From a virus: a stretch of DNA of 40,911 nt. The first letter of the stretch is position 1. Each line of letters starts with the position of its first letter. Location of the stretch: the IMG/VR virus record IMGVR_UViG_3300021061_000014, one strand, 5' to 3'. Below are positions 6,669-16,241 of this stretch, in pieces. The notes under the pieces are model-generated. The model was not told the DNA's origin. It did no database searches and worked only from the letters and a program-made list of their open reading frames with translations. The translations under genes were made by a program, and so were the position numbers.

Positions 6669-7153
6669 TGCCCGCCCCGGTAGGCAATCGCTTCTGGGAA
6701 GCCAGAACAACCCACGGCAGGGGCAAGATATTCGAAACCCCCGATATTCTGTGGGCGGCTTGTTGTGAATATTTCGAGTGGGTTGAGGGCAACCCCTTGA
6801 AAGAGGAAAAGGTGTTCTGCTCGCAAGGGCAGGTAACTAAGGCAGAAGTAACCAAAATGCGAGCCATGACCATTTTTGGTCTGTGCCATTTCCTTGGCAT
6901 ATCGAGACCGACTTGGGACGAATATTGCGGGCGGGAAGATTTTGCTTACATCTGTAGCGAAGCTGAGAACGTCATCAGGGATCAGAAGTTTACTGGGGCC
7001 GCCGCCGACCTCCTGAACGCTAACATCATAGCCCGAGACCTCGGCTTGGCTGACAAGCAAGAAAACAAACACGACGTGTCCGATACTCTGGCCCAACTCT
7101 TATCCAACATGGACGGAGCCGACACAGGCTTACCGAATGCCAACAGCGAGTGA
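6668..7153 (+). CDS. terS: Terminase small subunit, P22 gp3 type
   Basis: [35 protein letters not shown], and [23 protein letters not shown] closely follow the P22 gp3 family as I recall it. Confidence 0.9.
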   Translation: MPAPVGNRFWEARTTHGRGKIFETPDILWAACCEYFEWVEGNPLKEEKVFCSQGQVTKAEVTKMRAMTIFGLCHFLGISRPTWDEYCGREDFAYICSEAENVIRDQKFTGAAADLLNANIIARDLGLADKQENKHDVSDTLAQLLSNMDGADTGLPNANSE

Positions 7154-8612
7154 TTTGGCCAACCCATACTGGCGGCTGAATAACCTCTACTACATCAAAA
7201 ATAAGCAGGGCGAAAAGGTAAAGTTTCGCTTTAACTGGGCTCAAGAGCTACTTTACAAAGGGATGTGGTATATGTGCCTCATCCTCAAAGTTCGCCAGTT
7301 AGGCATAACGACGCTGATTCAGATATTCATGCTGGATCGGTGTTTGTTCAATTCGAACATTAATGCCGGCGTCATCGCGCACAACAGGGAAGACGCACAG
7401 AAGTTCTTCAAGGACAAGATCAAGTTTGCCTATGACAACCTGCCTGCTGAGTTAAAGCAGCGCATACCGGCAAACAATGACTCGGCCGGCGAGCTTTCAT
7501 TCGCTAATGGCTCAAGTATTCGTGTCGGGACGTCCCTCCGGTCAGGCACATACCAATACTTGCATGTCTCGGAGTTCGGAAAGATATGCGCCAAGTATCC
7601 AGACAAAGCCAGTGAAATCATTACTGGATCGCTTAACACGGTAGCGGCTGGGCAGTTCGTATTTATCGAGTCCACGGCCGAGGGTGATTGGGGTCATTTC
7701 TATGACCTTTGTATGCAATACAAGAATTACCCTGAGAGTGAGCTCACAGAACTTGATTACAAGTTCTTTTTCTTCAATTGGATCAATCATCCAGAGTATC
7801 GGCTAAAAGCTGACGTAAAGATTCCAGCCGACCTTGAGGCGTATTTCATTGACTTAGAGCATCAGCTTGGAATTGAGCTGACATCAGAGCAGAAAGCCTG
7901 GTACACCAAAAAGAAGGGCACTCAGAAATCCAAGATGAAGCAAGAGTACCCCTCCACTGTTGATGAAGCTTTTGAGCAGATTTCTGAGTTCGCTGTGTAT
8001 GGGGAGCAGATCGGGAAGGTCTTGGAAGAGGATCGATTTTGCAAGCTTCCAGTTACCGCCAATCGCCCGGTAGATGTGTTTCTTGATATTGGTAAGAGCA
8101 CAAAGGCAGAGACGACCTGTGCCTGGTTCATGCAGCACAACGAGCCGTGGTATGACTTTGTGGATTATTACCAGAACCAATTAAAGCCGGTTGGCGTTTA
8201 CGTTAAAGAAATACGGGACAAGGGTTATAACCTCGGAAGGTGGTTCATCCCGCACGACGCTGACAATCAGCGGGATTACGACATGAAGACCTTCAAGGAC
8301 CGCCTCATTAGCGCAGGTGTGAAGGAAGACCGGATTGTAGTTGTTCCGAGAGTTGACCAGATCAAGACCGGTATCGACATGATGAAGGAAAAGTTTCCGG
8401 CGTGTCGGTTCGATGAAACCAAGACTAAAGATGGGTGGAAAGCTTTGAAAGCATATCGGTACGAATGGGATGAAAAGAAGGCTGTGCTTGGCGAGCCTGT
8501 ACACGATTGGGCATCACACCCTTCGGACGCCATCCGCCAAATGGCGCAGGGCTATAAGCCAGAAGACGCGGAAGATGAGGAGTTCGATATTCCCGCCGGA
8601 GTTGGCCTGTAA
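7137..8612 (+). CDS. terL: Terminase large subunit
   Basis: 491 aa, directly after terS. Walker-A-like [10 protein letters not shown]. Position and size fit. Confidence 0.9.
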   Translation: MPTASDLANPYWRLNNLYYIKNKQGEKVKFRFNWAQELLYKGMWYMCLILKVRQLGITTLIQIFMLDRCLFNSNINAGVIAHNREDAQKFFKDKIKFAYDNLPAELKQRIPANNDSAGELSFANGSSIRVGTSLRSGTYQYLHVSEFGKICAKYPDKASEIITGSLNTVAAGQFVFIESTAEGDWGHFYDLCMQYKNYPESELTELDYKFFFFNWINHPEYRLKADVKIPADLEAYFIDLEHQLGIELTSEQKAWYTKKKGTQKSKMKQEYPSTVDEAFEQISEFAVYGEQIGKVLEEDRFCKLPVTANRPVDVFLDIGKSTKAETTCAWFMQHNEPWYDFVDYYQNQLKPVGVYVKEIRDKGYNLGRWFIPHDADNQRDYDMKTFKDRLISAGVKEDRIVVVPRVDQIKTGIDMMKEKFPACRFDETKTKDGWKALKAYRYEWDEKKAVLGEPVHDWASHPSDAIRQMAQGYKPEDAEDEEFDIPAGVGL

Positions 8613-10594
8613 TGGCAAGAACTAAGGCAGAGCCCAAGAAGAAGGACAAGCAGATCGAGGCCGTCGTTGAGCGGTGCAAAAAGGCTCGCACAGAGTCGTA
8701 TGAAGCCGACAGCGCAAACCGGAAGGAGATGGTTGACGACCTCAAGTTTGCCGCACTGGATCAGTGGCCGGAGGAGATCAAGAAGGAGCGCAACGGCCGG
8801 TTGATGCTCACCCTGGACAAAGTAGGGCAGGGCATCAAGGCTGTTATCGGAGACATGCGCGACAATCGTCCGTCTATCCGTGTAATGCCGGTGGACGACA
8901 ACGCAGACGTTGAGACTGCTAAGGTCATGGGTGGGTTGATCAACACGATTGAACAAACCAGCAACGCCACGGCGGTATATCTCCACGGCGCTGAGTTTCA
9001 GGTTAAGTGCGGCTTTGGTGTGTGGAGGATCGAGAACGAATTCGCCTCACACGATGCGTTTGAGCAAGACCTGTATGTGCGTAGGGTTAAGAATCCACTG
9101 AACTGGTGGTTTGATCCGCGAGCCAACGAAATCACCAAGCACGATGGACGTTATGTCCTTGGCCTCGTACAGATGCACAAGGACGACTTCAAGGCTGAAT
9201 TCCCTGAAGTGGAGGCGTCTGATTTAGACGAGCTGTTTACCGGTGAGGGCTTTGGAGATTGGGTGTCCGATGAGGACGTAATCTTTTGCGAGTACTACGA
9301 GAAGGTACCCAAGAAGCGCGCCATATGCCTTCTGTCCAACGGGCACACGATAGCCAAGGATGAATTAGCCGACGACGATAAGGCGATTATGGAGGCGTAC
9401 GGCCTCATGATCGTTAAAGAGCGGGAAGTCGAGTCTTACGAGATCCACTACTGGAAGGTCACCGGGAACACTGCGTTCGACCATCACGTTCTGCCATACC
9501 AGTATTTCCCGGTTATCCCGGTTTACGGTGAGGTGGATAACATCGAGGGCGAAGAGACTATTCGCGGCCTCGTGCGGCCGGCCAAAGACCCTCAGCGTTT
9601 GTACAACTATGTCAGTTCCGCTGATGTGGAACAGATGGCGCTCCAGCCTAAAGCCCCGTTTATTGGTACGGGGAAGATGTTCGCCAAGTGGAAGAGCCTT
9701 TGGTACAGAGCGAACAAAGACAATACCCCTTTCCTGCCATACACGCCTGACCCCAATGCTCCAGGGATGAAGCCCGAACGCTCACAGCCCCCTGTGGCTT
9801 CGAGCGGTTATCTCCAGCGCGCACAGATTGCCGGAGATGATATTCGGAGCGCAATGGGTGTTCATGAGGCTTCATTTGGCCAAGAATCCAACGCGATCAG
9901 CGGTAAGGCAAAGCTGATAGAGCAGCAGTCTGGAATAGTCACCAACAGCGTTTACATGTTCAACCTTGCCACGGCTATCGAGCATACCGGCCGTGTGTTG
10001 GTGGACATGATTCCGTTTTTCTACGACACGATGAGAGTGATCAGAATCACGGGGGAAGACGGTCAAGAAGACTCAGTAACGATCAACAAGCCCTATGTAT
10101 CGGCTGATGGCAAGCGCATTGAGCACGACCTGACGCGGGGCAAATATGATGTTCGTATCTCTGTCGGCCCTTCCTACAAGACCAAGCGCGCTCAGGCGGT
10201 GGATGCCCTTTACCAGCTTGCCCAAGCTGACCCGAGAGTCCTTCAAATTGCAGGCGACCTGATCGCCAAGAACCTGGATATCCCGCACGCTGATGAGCTT
10301 GAGGCGCGTTTCAGGAAGACGCTTCCTCCTGGCCTTGTGGAAGAAAAAGACCCCGAGAAGAAAGCCCAAATGGATCAGGCAGCACAACAGGCTCAGCAGC
10401 AGCAGCAGCAGGCCATGATGATCCAGATTCAACAGATCCTCTCAGAGATAGAGGAACGCAAATCCAAGACCCAGCTAAATCAGGCCAAGACCGCCGAAAC
10501 ACTGGAAGGTATTGATTCTGACAAGGTCCGGCTTCTTAAAGATTTTCTCGCCCAAGTGGCGTCTCCTTCGCAACCCGCGCAACAACAGAGGTAA
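8612..10594 (+). CDS. Portal protein (P22-like, with Gln-rich C-terminal helical extension)
   Basis: 660 aa following terL. DDLKFAALDQW...RPSIRVMPVD pattern. C-terminal QQAQQQQQQAMMIQIQQ region. Confidence 0.9.
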   Translation: MARTKAEPKKKDKQIEAVVERCKKARTESYEADSANRKEMVDDLKFAALDQWPEEIKKERNGRLMLTLDKVGQGIKAVIGDMRDNRPSIRVMPVDDNADVETAKVMGGLINTIEQTSNATAVYLHGAEFQVKCGFGVWRIENEFASHDAFEQDLYVRRVKNPLNWWFDPRANEITKHDGRYVLGLVQMHKDDFKAEFPEVEASDLDELFTGEGFGDWVSDEDVIFCEYYEKVPKKRAICLLSNGHTIAKDELADDDKAIMEAYGLMIVKEREVESYEIHYWKVTGNTAFDHHVLPYQYFPVIPVYGEVDNIEGEETIRGLVRPAKDPQRLYNYVSSADVEQMALQPKAPFIGTGKMFAKWKSLWYRANKDNTPFLPYTPDPNAPGMKPERSQPPVASSGYLQRAQIAGDDIRSAMGVHEASFGQESNAISGKAKLIEQQSGIVTNSVYMFNLATAIEHTGRVLVDMIPFFYDTMRVIRITGEDGQEDSVTINKPYVSADGKRIEHDLTRGKYDVRISVGPSYKTKRAQAVDALYQLAQADPRVLQIAGDLIAKNLDIPHADELEARFRKTLPPGLVEEKDPEKKAQMDQAAQQAQQQQQQAMMIQIQQILSEIEERKSKTQLNQAKTAETLEGIDSDKVRLLKDFLAQVASPSQPAQQQR

Positions 10595-10597
10595 TCA

Positions 10598-11461
10598 ATG
10601 AGTACTGAAACAACGGTCGTTGAGACCGCGAGCGCTCCTGCACCTGTCGAAAACGCAGCCCCGACAACTGCTGACGAGGGGAAAGCCCCTGATACCGGTA
10701 CTGAGTCTACCGACACTCCGGCCAGCGCCGCCGAAAACCCCGAGAAGGGCGAGGAAAAAGCCAAGCCATCTCCGGGAGTCCAGAAGCGCATAAATGAGCT
10801 GACGCGCGATAAGCACCAGCTTCGGGAAGAAAAGAGACAACTGGAGGAGGAGCTTAACAGGCTTCGCCAACAGGCCAGCCCGCAGGAACCCAAAGAGCCA
10901 AAGCTTGCTGATTTTGATAACGACGCTGACTTTGTGGCGGCCGTTCACAAGTATCACCAGGACAAAGCTGCTTACGATTCCTCGCAGGGTAAGCAACGTG
11001 AGACGCAAGAACAGGAAGCCCAGCGCAAGCAGGAAGCTCGGTTCAAAACGGCTCAGAAATTCGTTAACGACCTGAACAAAGAAAAGGCCAATTACGAAGG
11101 CATTGATGAGGTTATCGCAGACCCTACGTTTGCGTTAATAACCAAGGAGATGTCACCTGATTTGGTAACTCTTATTCAGGAATCGCCGAAAAACGTTGCT
11201 CTGTTCTATCACCTCGGCACCCATCTTGAGGAAGCCGAGCGGATAGCCTCCCTTTCTCCCGTTCAAGCCGCGCGTGAACTAGCTCTCCTGGAGTCTCGGT
11301 TGGAAATACCCAAACCGAAGACAGTTAGCAACGCGCCCCCTCCTGTAAAGCAAGTCAAGGGATCGTCAGTAACCGAAAAGGATATTTACGACCCGAAGCT
11401 TCCTTATTCTGAGTACGACGCTCTGCGCAAGAAGCAAAGAGCCGCTCGCAAGTGGAGGTAG
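10598..11461 (+). CDS. Scaffolding protein
   Basis: Lies between portal and coat. Acidic, helical, low-complexity sequence rich in E/K/Q/A. Confidence 0.75.
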   Translation: MSTETTVVETASAPAPVENAAPTTADEGKAPDTGTESTDTPASAAENPEKGEEKAKPSPGVQKRINELTRDKHQLREEKRQLEEELNRLRQQASPQEPKEPKLADFDNDADFVAAVHKYHQDKAAYDSSQGKQRETQEQEAQRKQEARFKTAQKFVNDLNKEKANYEGIDEVIADPTFALITKEMSPDLVTLIQESPKNVALFYHLGTHLEEAERIASLSPVQAARELALLESRLEIPKPKTVSNAPPPVKQVKGSSVTEKDIYDPKLPYSEYDALRKKQRAARKWR

Positions 11462-11484
11462 GGCCATGTTTGGAGTAATTCAAA

Positions 11485-12699
11485 ATGGCAAATTCCAATT
11501 TAACGATGGACATGATCACGAAGGAGGCTCTGAGTGTTGCTCATGAATCCCTTCAGTTCATAGCAACGACTGACCTTCAGTACGACGACTCGTACGGCAA
11601 AGTAGGGGCCAAAATCGGCTCCGCTTTGCGCGTACGCAAGCCCAACCAGTACAAACGTACCACGGGTTCCCGTGTTATGGATGTACAGGACCAGAACGAG
11701 CAGAGCGGCACTATCACGCTGGCCACCCAAGACCATGTAGATATGCGATTCAACTCTGCTGAACTGGCTCTTTCGATTGACGAGTTCAGCAAGCGTTATA
11801 TCGAACCTGCGGTGAAGGTTTTGGTGTCTGGTATTGAGGCGGATTATATCGCCGCTTCGACGAAGGCCACCTATAACCTGGCTGGCACGGCTGGCACTGC
11901 CTTGACTGACCTTGTAGCGGTAGGCGCGGCTCGTGCGAAGCTGAACCAGCAGTTAGCCCCGAAAGACGGTAATCGTTACATTCAGTGCGACTCAGTTGCG
12001 ATGGGTGGGATGGTTAACGGCTTGAAGGGTCTGTTTCAGGATTCCGAGCAGATTCGCAAGCAGTACCGTGAAGGCCTGATCGGTCGCACCGCGATGGCTG
12101 ACTGGTATGAAAATGACCGCATGTGGACGCTGACCAACAGCGCCGACGTTGCGGGCGAAATTAACCAGACCAGCTTTACCAGTGGTTTGAGCACTCTAAC
12201 TGTGGACGGCTTCACCGCCGCTCCGGCTGTCGGTTCCGTGTTCACTATTGGCGCTGGCTCTGGTGAAACCAAAGTCTATGATGTTCATCCTGAAACGAAG
12301 GTTGCTTACTCCCATCTGAAGCAATTCACCGTTGTTTCAGCGACGACCACAAGCATCACCTTTAGCCCAGCGATCATCTGGGACACGACCAACCCCCTGC
12401 AAAACGTATCCGGCGCGCCGACCGACAACGCGGACATTACTTTTGTCGGATCAGCTTCGACCAGCTACGTCCAGCAGTTGATGTACCACAAGGAAGCGTT
12501 CCAGTTCGTAACGGCCGACCTGCCGTTGATGGACGACGCCCACAAGTGTTCTCGCATCGCTCAAGACGGGTTGTCGCTGCGTGTTTGGCAAGCCTCGGAC
12601 ATTCGTAACGATGAGCTGCTGATGCGTATCGATATTTTGTACGGAATGGCTGCCCTTCGTCCTGAGTGGGCGTGCCGAATCATTGGCGCGGCTAACTAA
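11485..12699 (+). CDS. Major capsid (coat) protein, P22 coat family
   Basis: 404 aa after the scaffold gene. C-terminal ILYGMAALRPEW resembles the P22 coat C-terminus. Confidence 0.9.
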   Translation: MANSNLTMDMITKEALSVAHESLQFIATTDLQYDDSYGKVGAKIGSALRVRKPNQYKRTTGSRVMDVQDQNEQSGTITLATQDHVDMRFNSAELALSIDEFSKRYIEPAVKVLVSGIEADYIAASTKATYNLAGTAGTALTDLVAVGAARAKLNQQLAPKDGNRYIQCDSVAMGGMVNGLKGLFQDSEQIRKQYREGLIGRTAMADWYENDRMWTLTNSADVAGEINQTSFTSGLSTLTVDGFTAAPAVGSVFTIGAGSGETKVYDVHPETKVAYSHLKQFTVVSATTTSITFSPAIIWDTTNPLQNVSGAPTDNADITFVGSASTSYVQQLMYHKEAFQFVTADLPLMDDAHKCSRIAQDGLSLRVWQASDIRNDELLMRIDILYGMAALRPEWACRIIGAAN

Positions 12700-12712
12700 G
12701 GAGGAATGAACA

Positions 12713-13201
12713 ATGGCACTTTCTGCAAATCTTGAACGCTTGAACTACGGCTCGCCTGACGGCTGTGTTGCTACCGGCCAGCATCGAGAAATCGTCTCTG
12801 TCACGTCAAACACTACGCTGACCAAAGAGCAATCTGGAGCTTTGGTTCTGCTGGGTGTTGCCTCTGGCGCGACCTTGACCCTTCCGGCCCCGCAGGAAGG
12901 CATGTACTTCGATGTGGGTGTAACAGTCACTCGTACCTCCAACTCATACAAAATTATCACCGACGCGGCCACAACCTTCCTGGTTGGCGCTGTGATGGCG
13001 GGCGATGCAACTATCGCCACCTCCGGTGACGTGTTTGAGGCGGATGGCACGACCATTGTGGCGGTAACGATGGATGGTGATACCAAGGGCGGCTTTATCG
13101 GCACGACCCTTCGTTTCGTCTGCATCAGTTCTACCAAGTGGTACGTAAATGGTTTGGTCATCGGCACTGGCACGATGGTTACCCCGTTTGCTACTTCGTA
13201 A
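12713..13201 (+). CDS. Virion-module hypothetical protein (possible decoration/accessory head protein)
   Basis: GGAGG RBS. Directly downstream of the coat gene. Confidence 0.65.
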   Translation: MALSANLERLNYGSPDGCVATGQHREIVSVTSNTTLTKEQSGALVLLGVASGATLTLPAPQEGMYFDVGVTVTRTSNSYKIITDAATTFLVGAVMAGDATIATSGDVFEADGTTIVAVTMDGDTKGGFIGTTLRFVCISSTKWYVNGLVIGTGTMVTPFATS

Positions 13202-13211
13202 CCAACCCTCT

Positions 13212-13234
13212 GGGCCAAGGATGGCCCTCCTTCT
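13212..13234 (+). terminator. Hairpin GGGCCA-agga-TGGCCC followed by TCCTTCT
   Basis: 6-bp GC-rich stem in the 44-nt gap after 12713..13201. The U-tract is weak. Confidence 0.3.
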
Positions 13235-13245
13235 AAGGAGTTCTT

Positions 13246-13608
13246 ATGACAAGAACCGCCTCTATTGCTGAACAAATTGTTGTTAAACCTTCTGTTTCGC
13301 AGAGCCAGCAGGCCGACGCGAGCAGGTTGACGCATACTGAATGTAAGTACGCTGTTGTTAACGTCGCGGATAACACCACGACGGTTTATGACGGTCCGGC
13401 TCTATTGTTTGGCGTGTACGTTAATACAGCTCTTTCAGCCAATGCTCTACCCATTCAGGACGATGCAACGACAGTTGTCACTATCGCGGCCTCTGCTGCT
13501 GTTGGGACAAACATTACTTTCCCCGGTATTCGTTTTGAAACCAAGCTGATCGTAAACCCTGACGACGCGGCAACCGGGAGTATCACAGTTGCCTACAGGC
13601 CGATATGA
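13246..13608 (+). CDS. Virion-module hypothetical protein
   Basis: AGGAG RBS. ATGA overlap with the next gene. Confidence 0.65.
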   Translation: MTRTASIAEQIVVKPSVSQSQQADASRLTHTECKYAVVNVADNTTTVYDGPALLFGVYVNTALSANALPIQDDATTVVTIAASAAVGTNITFPGIRFETKLIVNPDDAATGSITVAYRPI

Positions 13609-14003
13609 CGACTGCTTTACAGGTTGTTACATCGGGTCTTGAGCGTGCCGGAGTTATTCCAACCGGTCAGACTGTCCCCAATGACAAACTGGTCAAGGGG
13701 CTGGAGCTGTTAAATGACTGGATTGCTGACCGAAAGAACGATGGTCTAGATTTCCAGCTCACTACTTTGGCCTCGTCTGATACGGTCTATTTGGACGCCT
13801 CGGAGATGTCTTGTTTAAAGACCAATCTGGCTGTTGCGATTGCTGATCATTGGAAGCTTCCGATACCCCAGACGGTAAGACAAGAAGCCGTAACGCTCCT
13901 GGATAACGTCAGAGATAAGTATTTACAGGCTGAGATTGAAGAAATGGAACTGCCTGACGTCCTCGTTTCTCAAGGCCGCTCGGATATTCGATCCGGATGT
14001 TAG
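13605..14003 (+). CDS. Head-to-tail adaptor candidate (P22 gp4 position)
   Basis: 132 aa, immediately upstream of the gp10-like gene and overlapping it. Confidence 0.5.
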   Translation: MTTALQVVTSGLERAGVIPTGQTVPNDKLVKGLELLNDWIADRKNDGLDFQLTTLASSDTVYLDASEMSCLKTNLAVAIADHWKLPIPQTVRQEAVTLLDNVRDKYLQAEIEEMELPDVLVSQGRSDIRSGC

Positions 14004-15403
14004 TCCCGATCAACTTAACCGGGCCAACATCGGAATCCCGGTCTAAATTTCTTTCAAACCAGAAAACGCTAAATCTCTACCCTGAGAGGGTTGGGAGCGA
14101 CTTCGTTTTAAATTCATTTCCTGGCCTTGCTTCTTTCTCGACTGGCACGGGACCGGATAGGGGAGGTTTCGAGCACCTGAACGTGTTCTATCAGGTATGC
14201 GGCGAAACGCTTTATACCATAGACAGTTCTGGGGCGAGGACGAGCCGAGGAACGATAGCAGGTTCCGCGAAGTGCATCTTTGCAGGGATTGGCAGCAGTG
14301 TCGTAATTGTAACGGAAGGTACTGCGTATGAATGGGACGGAGCAACCTTAACCGAGATAACGGACGCAGACCTTGAATCCCCGAACTCCTGCGACCACAT
14401 CAACAATCAAATTCTGTTCGACGGGGACGGCGGGCGGTTCGCCTCTTCTGATGTTGGGGACGCCTCCAGCATATCTGGACTTAATTACGGAACTGCTGAG
14501 TCAAACGCCGACGACCTGATCCGGGTTTTTGTATACGACAAAATCGTATGGATGATGGGCGATAAGACATTGGAGCCGTGGGAGAACCCGGGGACCGGAA
14601 ATCCTCCTTTTTCACCCATTTTGGGCGCGATTATTCAAGTCGGTCTAGCGGCTCTCCATTCTCCTGCGAAGAACGACAACGGGTTTTATTTCCTGGGAGA
14701 CGATAGAAGGATCTATTTTGTACAGGGTGTACAGGAAACCAACGTCACCCCGATACATTTAGCAAATATCATTGAGGGGTTTTCAGTCATCGATGACGCG
14801 GAAGGGAACTGTTTTCAGTTTCAAGGGCAGAATTTCTACGTTATCACCTTCCCAAACGCACAGAGAACGTTCTGCTTTAACGAAAGTGTAGGTATAGAGA
14901 ACGGATGGTTTGAGCTTTCCTCTGGGACCTCAGAGACAGAGCGTTATATCGGCTCCTCTTTCGTCTATTTCAACCACAAAAACTACGTCACCGACTACAC
15001 AAACGGGAATATTTACGAACTCGACAAAGATACTTTCGATGAGTTCGGAGAAGAAGTCTTAAGAATTCGAGATTCGGGCAATTTCCACGGCGGTTTGATT
15101 GGTCAACCGGGGAAATTAATCACCATGAGCCGGTTTGAACTCATCATGGAAACAGGCGTTGGCTCCACATCTCAGGATGAAGACGATGAGGGGCCGTTCG
15201 TAATGCTGCAATTCTCGGATGACGGCGGGAGAACGTGGTCAACGGAGCAATGGGCCTCCGCTGGGCGCGCCGGGGAGTTCATTTGGAAAGTCGAATGGTT
15301 CGGGCTTGGATCATTTTACAACCGAATTTTCAGAATAAAGATGTCGGACGCGGTTTACTGGTGCATTCACTTCGCCGCCGCTGACATTGAAGTTGGTCTT
15401 TAA
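13997..15403 (+). CDS. P22 gp10-like tail hub / DNA stabilization protein
   Basis: 468 aa (P22 gp10 is about 472 aa). LNSFPGL, YQVCGETLYT and the C-terminal SDDGGRTW...FRIKM pattern parallel gp10. Confidence 0.75.
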   Translation: MLVPINLTGPTSESRSKFLSNQKTLNLYPERVGSDFVLNSFPGLASFSTGTGPDRGGFEHLNVFYQVCGETLYTIDSSGARTSRGTIAGSAKCIFAGIGSSVVIVTEGTAYEWDGATLTEITDADLESPNSCDHINNQILFDGDGGRFASSDVGDASSISGLNYGTAESNADDLIRVFVYDKIVWMMGDKTLEPWENPGTGNPPFSPILGAIIQVGLAALHSPAKNDNGFYFLGDDRRIYFVQGVQETNVTPIHLANIIEGFSVIDDAEGNCFQFQGQNFYVITFPNAQRTFCFNESVGIENGWFELSSGTSETERYIGSSFVYFNHKNYVTDYTNGNIYELDKDTFDEFGEEVLRIRDSGNFHGGLIGQPGKLITMSRFELIMETGVGSTSQDEDDEGPFVMLQFSDDGGRTWSTEQWASAGRAGEFIWKVEWFGLGSFYNRIFRIKMSDAVYWCIHFAAADIEVGL

Positions 15404-15440
15404 CCCTCCTTTTCAATTTTTTTCAATCTGTAGGTGAATT

Positions 15441-16241
15441 ATGGGTTTCCTGGACGTCATAACGGGTTCTGATGCTGCGGACGCGTCTAAAGATGCTGCT
15501 AATTTGCAGAATGAAGCCGCGTTTGCAGGTATTCGCGAGCAGAGAAGGGCGAGAAACCAGCTTCGTGGAGATTTGTCTCCGTATCGCCGGTTTGGGGAGA
15601 GGCAATTATCCGGCCTTAATCGGCTAATCAATAACCCTCAAGCACAACTTGAGTATATTCAGAATAATCCCTTCTTCTCCGCTCTTGCAGATGATGCAAC
15701 CAATCGACTAATGAACATTCAGGCGGCCTCAGGTCGTCTTGGCACGGGTGATACGCCCGCCGCACTTCAGAATCAGCTCCTTTTGTTGGGGCAGGGACTT
15801 TTGCAGCAAGGAATTGATAATCGTTTTAACGCGGCTGGCATGGGTCAGAATTCCGCCGCTCAGTCCGGTATCGGCAGCATGAATGCAGCAAATTCCATCA
15901 GTGATTTACTTACCCAAGGCGGAAACGCGCAAGCGGCCGGTCTGGTTGGAGCTGCGAACGCACGCGCCGCAGGTTTCAACAATCTATTAAATCTCGGCAT
16001 GAACTACGCCACGGGCGGCAGTGGGGTCATGCTTTCAGACCGTCGCTTCAAAACTGATGTTGAAGTCTTGGGTGAGTTACCGTGTGGAATTCCGATCTGT
16101 CGCTTCCGGTACGCCTGGCATCCCCAAGTCATGGTTGGCGTCATGGCTCAAGATGTTGAAAAAGTTTTCCCGAGTGCTGTCGTTGATGTCTTTGGTGTTA
16201 AGTACGTCGATTACCCCGAGCTTGAGAGGAAGCTGCACTAA
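15441..16241 (+). CDS. Tail needle-like protein (gp26 position) with C-terminal S74 intramolecular chaperone domain
   Basis: Q/N/A/G-rich N-terminal 200 aa, then SDRRFKTDVEVLG...GVMAQDVEKVFPSAV...VDY, typical of the auto-cleaving chaperone domain. Confidence 0.6.
   Translation: MGFLDVITGSDAADASKDAANLQNEAAFAGIREQRRARNQLRGDLSPYRRFGERQLSGLNRLINNPQAQLEYIQNNPFFSALADDATNRLMNIQAASGRLGTGDTPAALQNQLLLLGQGLLQQGIDNRFNAAGMGQNSAAQSGIGSMNAANSISDLLTQGGNAQAAGLVGAANARAAGFNNLLNLGMNYATGGSGVMLSDRRFKTDVEVLGELPCGIPICRFRYAWHPQVMVGVMAQDVEKVFPSAVVDVFGVKYVDYPELERKLH

Noticed and set aside
10385-10412. CAG-rich tract (cagcagcagcagcagcag) as a possible contingency or slippage locus
   Set aside because: It encodes the poly-Gln part of the portal C-terminal helical extension, a normal feature of P22-like portals. 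The triplet repeat keeps the frame.
10480-11008. Two 137-aa reverse ORFs opposite the portal end and the scaffold gene
   Set aside because: These are shadow ORFs with Ser/Leu/Arg-rich nonsense composition, and both are opposite clearly coding forward genes.
12745-13335. 196-aa reverse ORF opposite the virion gene 12713..13201
   Set aside because: It is an antisense shadow ORF in GC-rich coding DNA. Its product is low-complexity with no RBS context. The forward gene has a GGAGG RBS and fits the operon.
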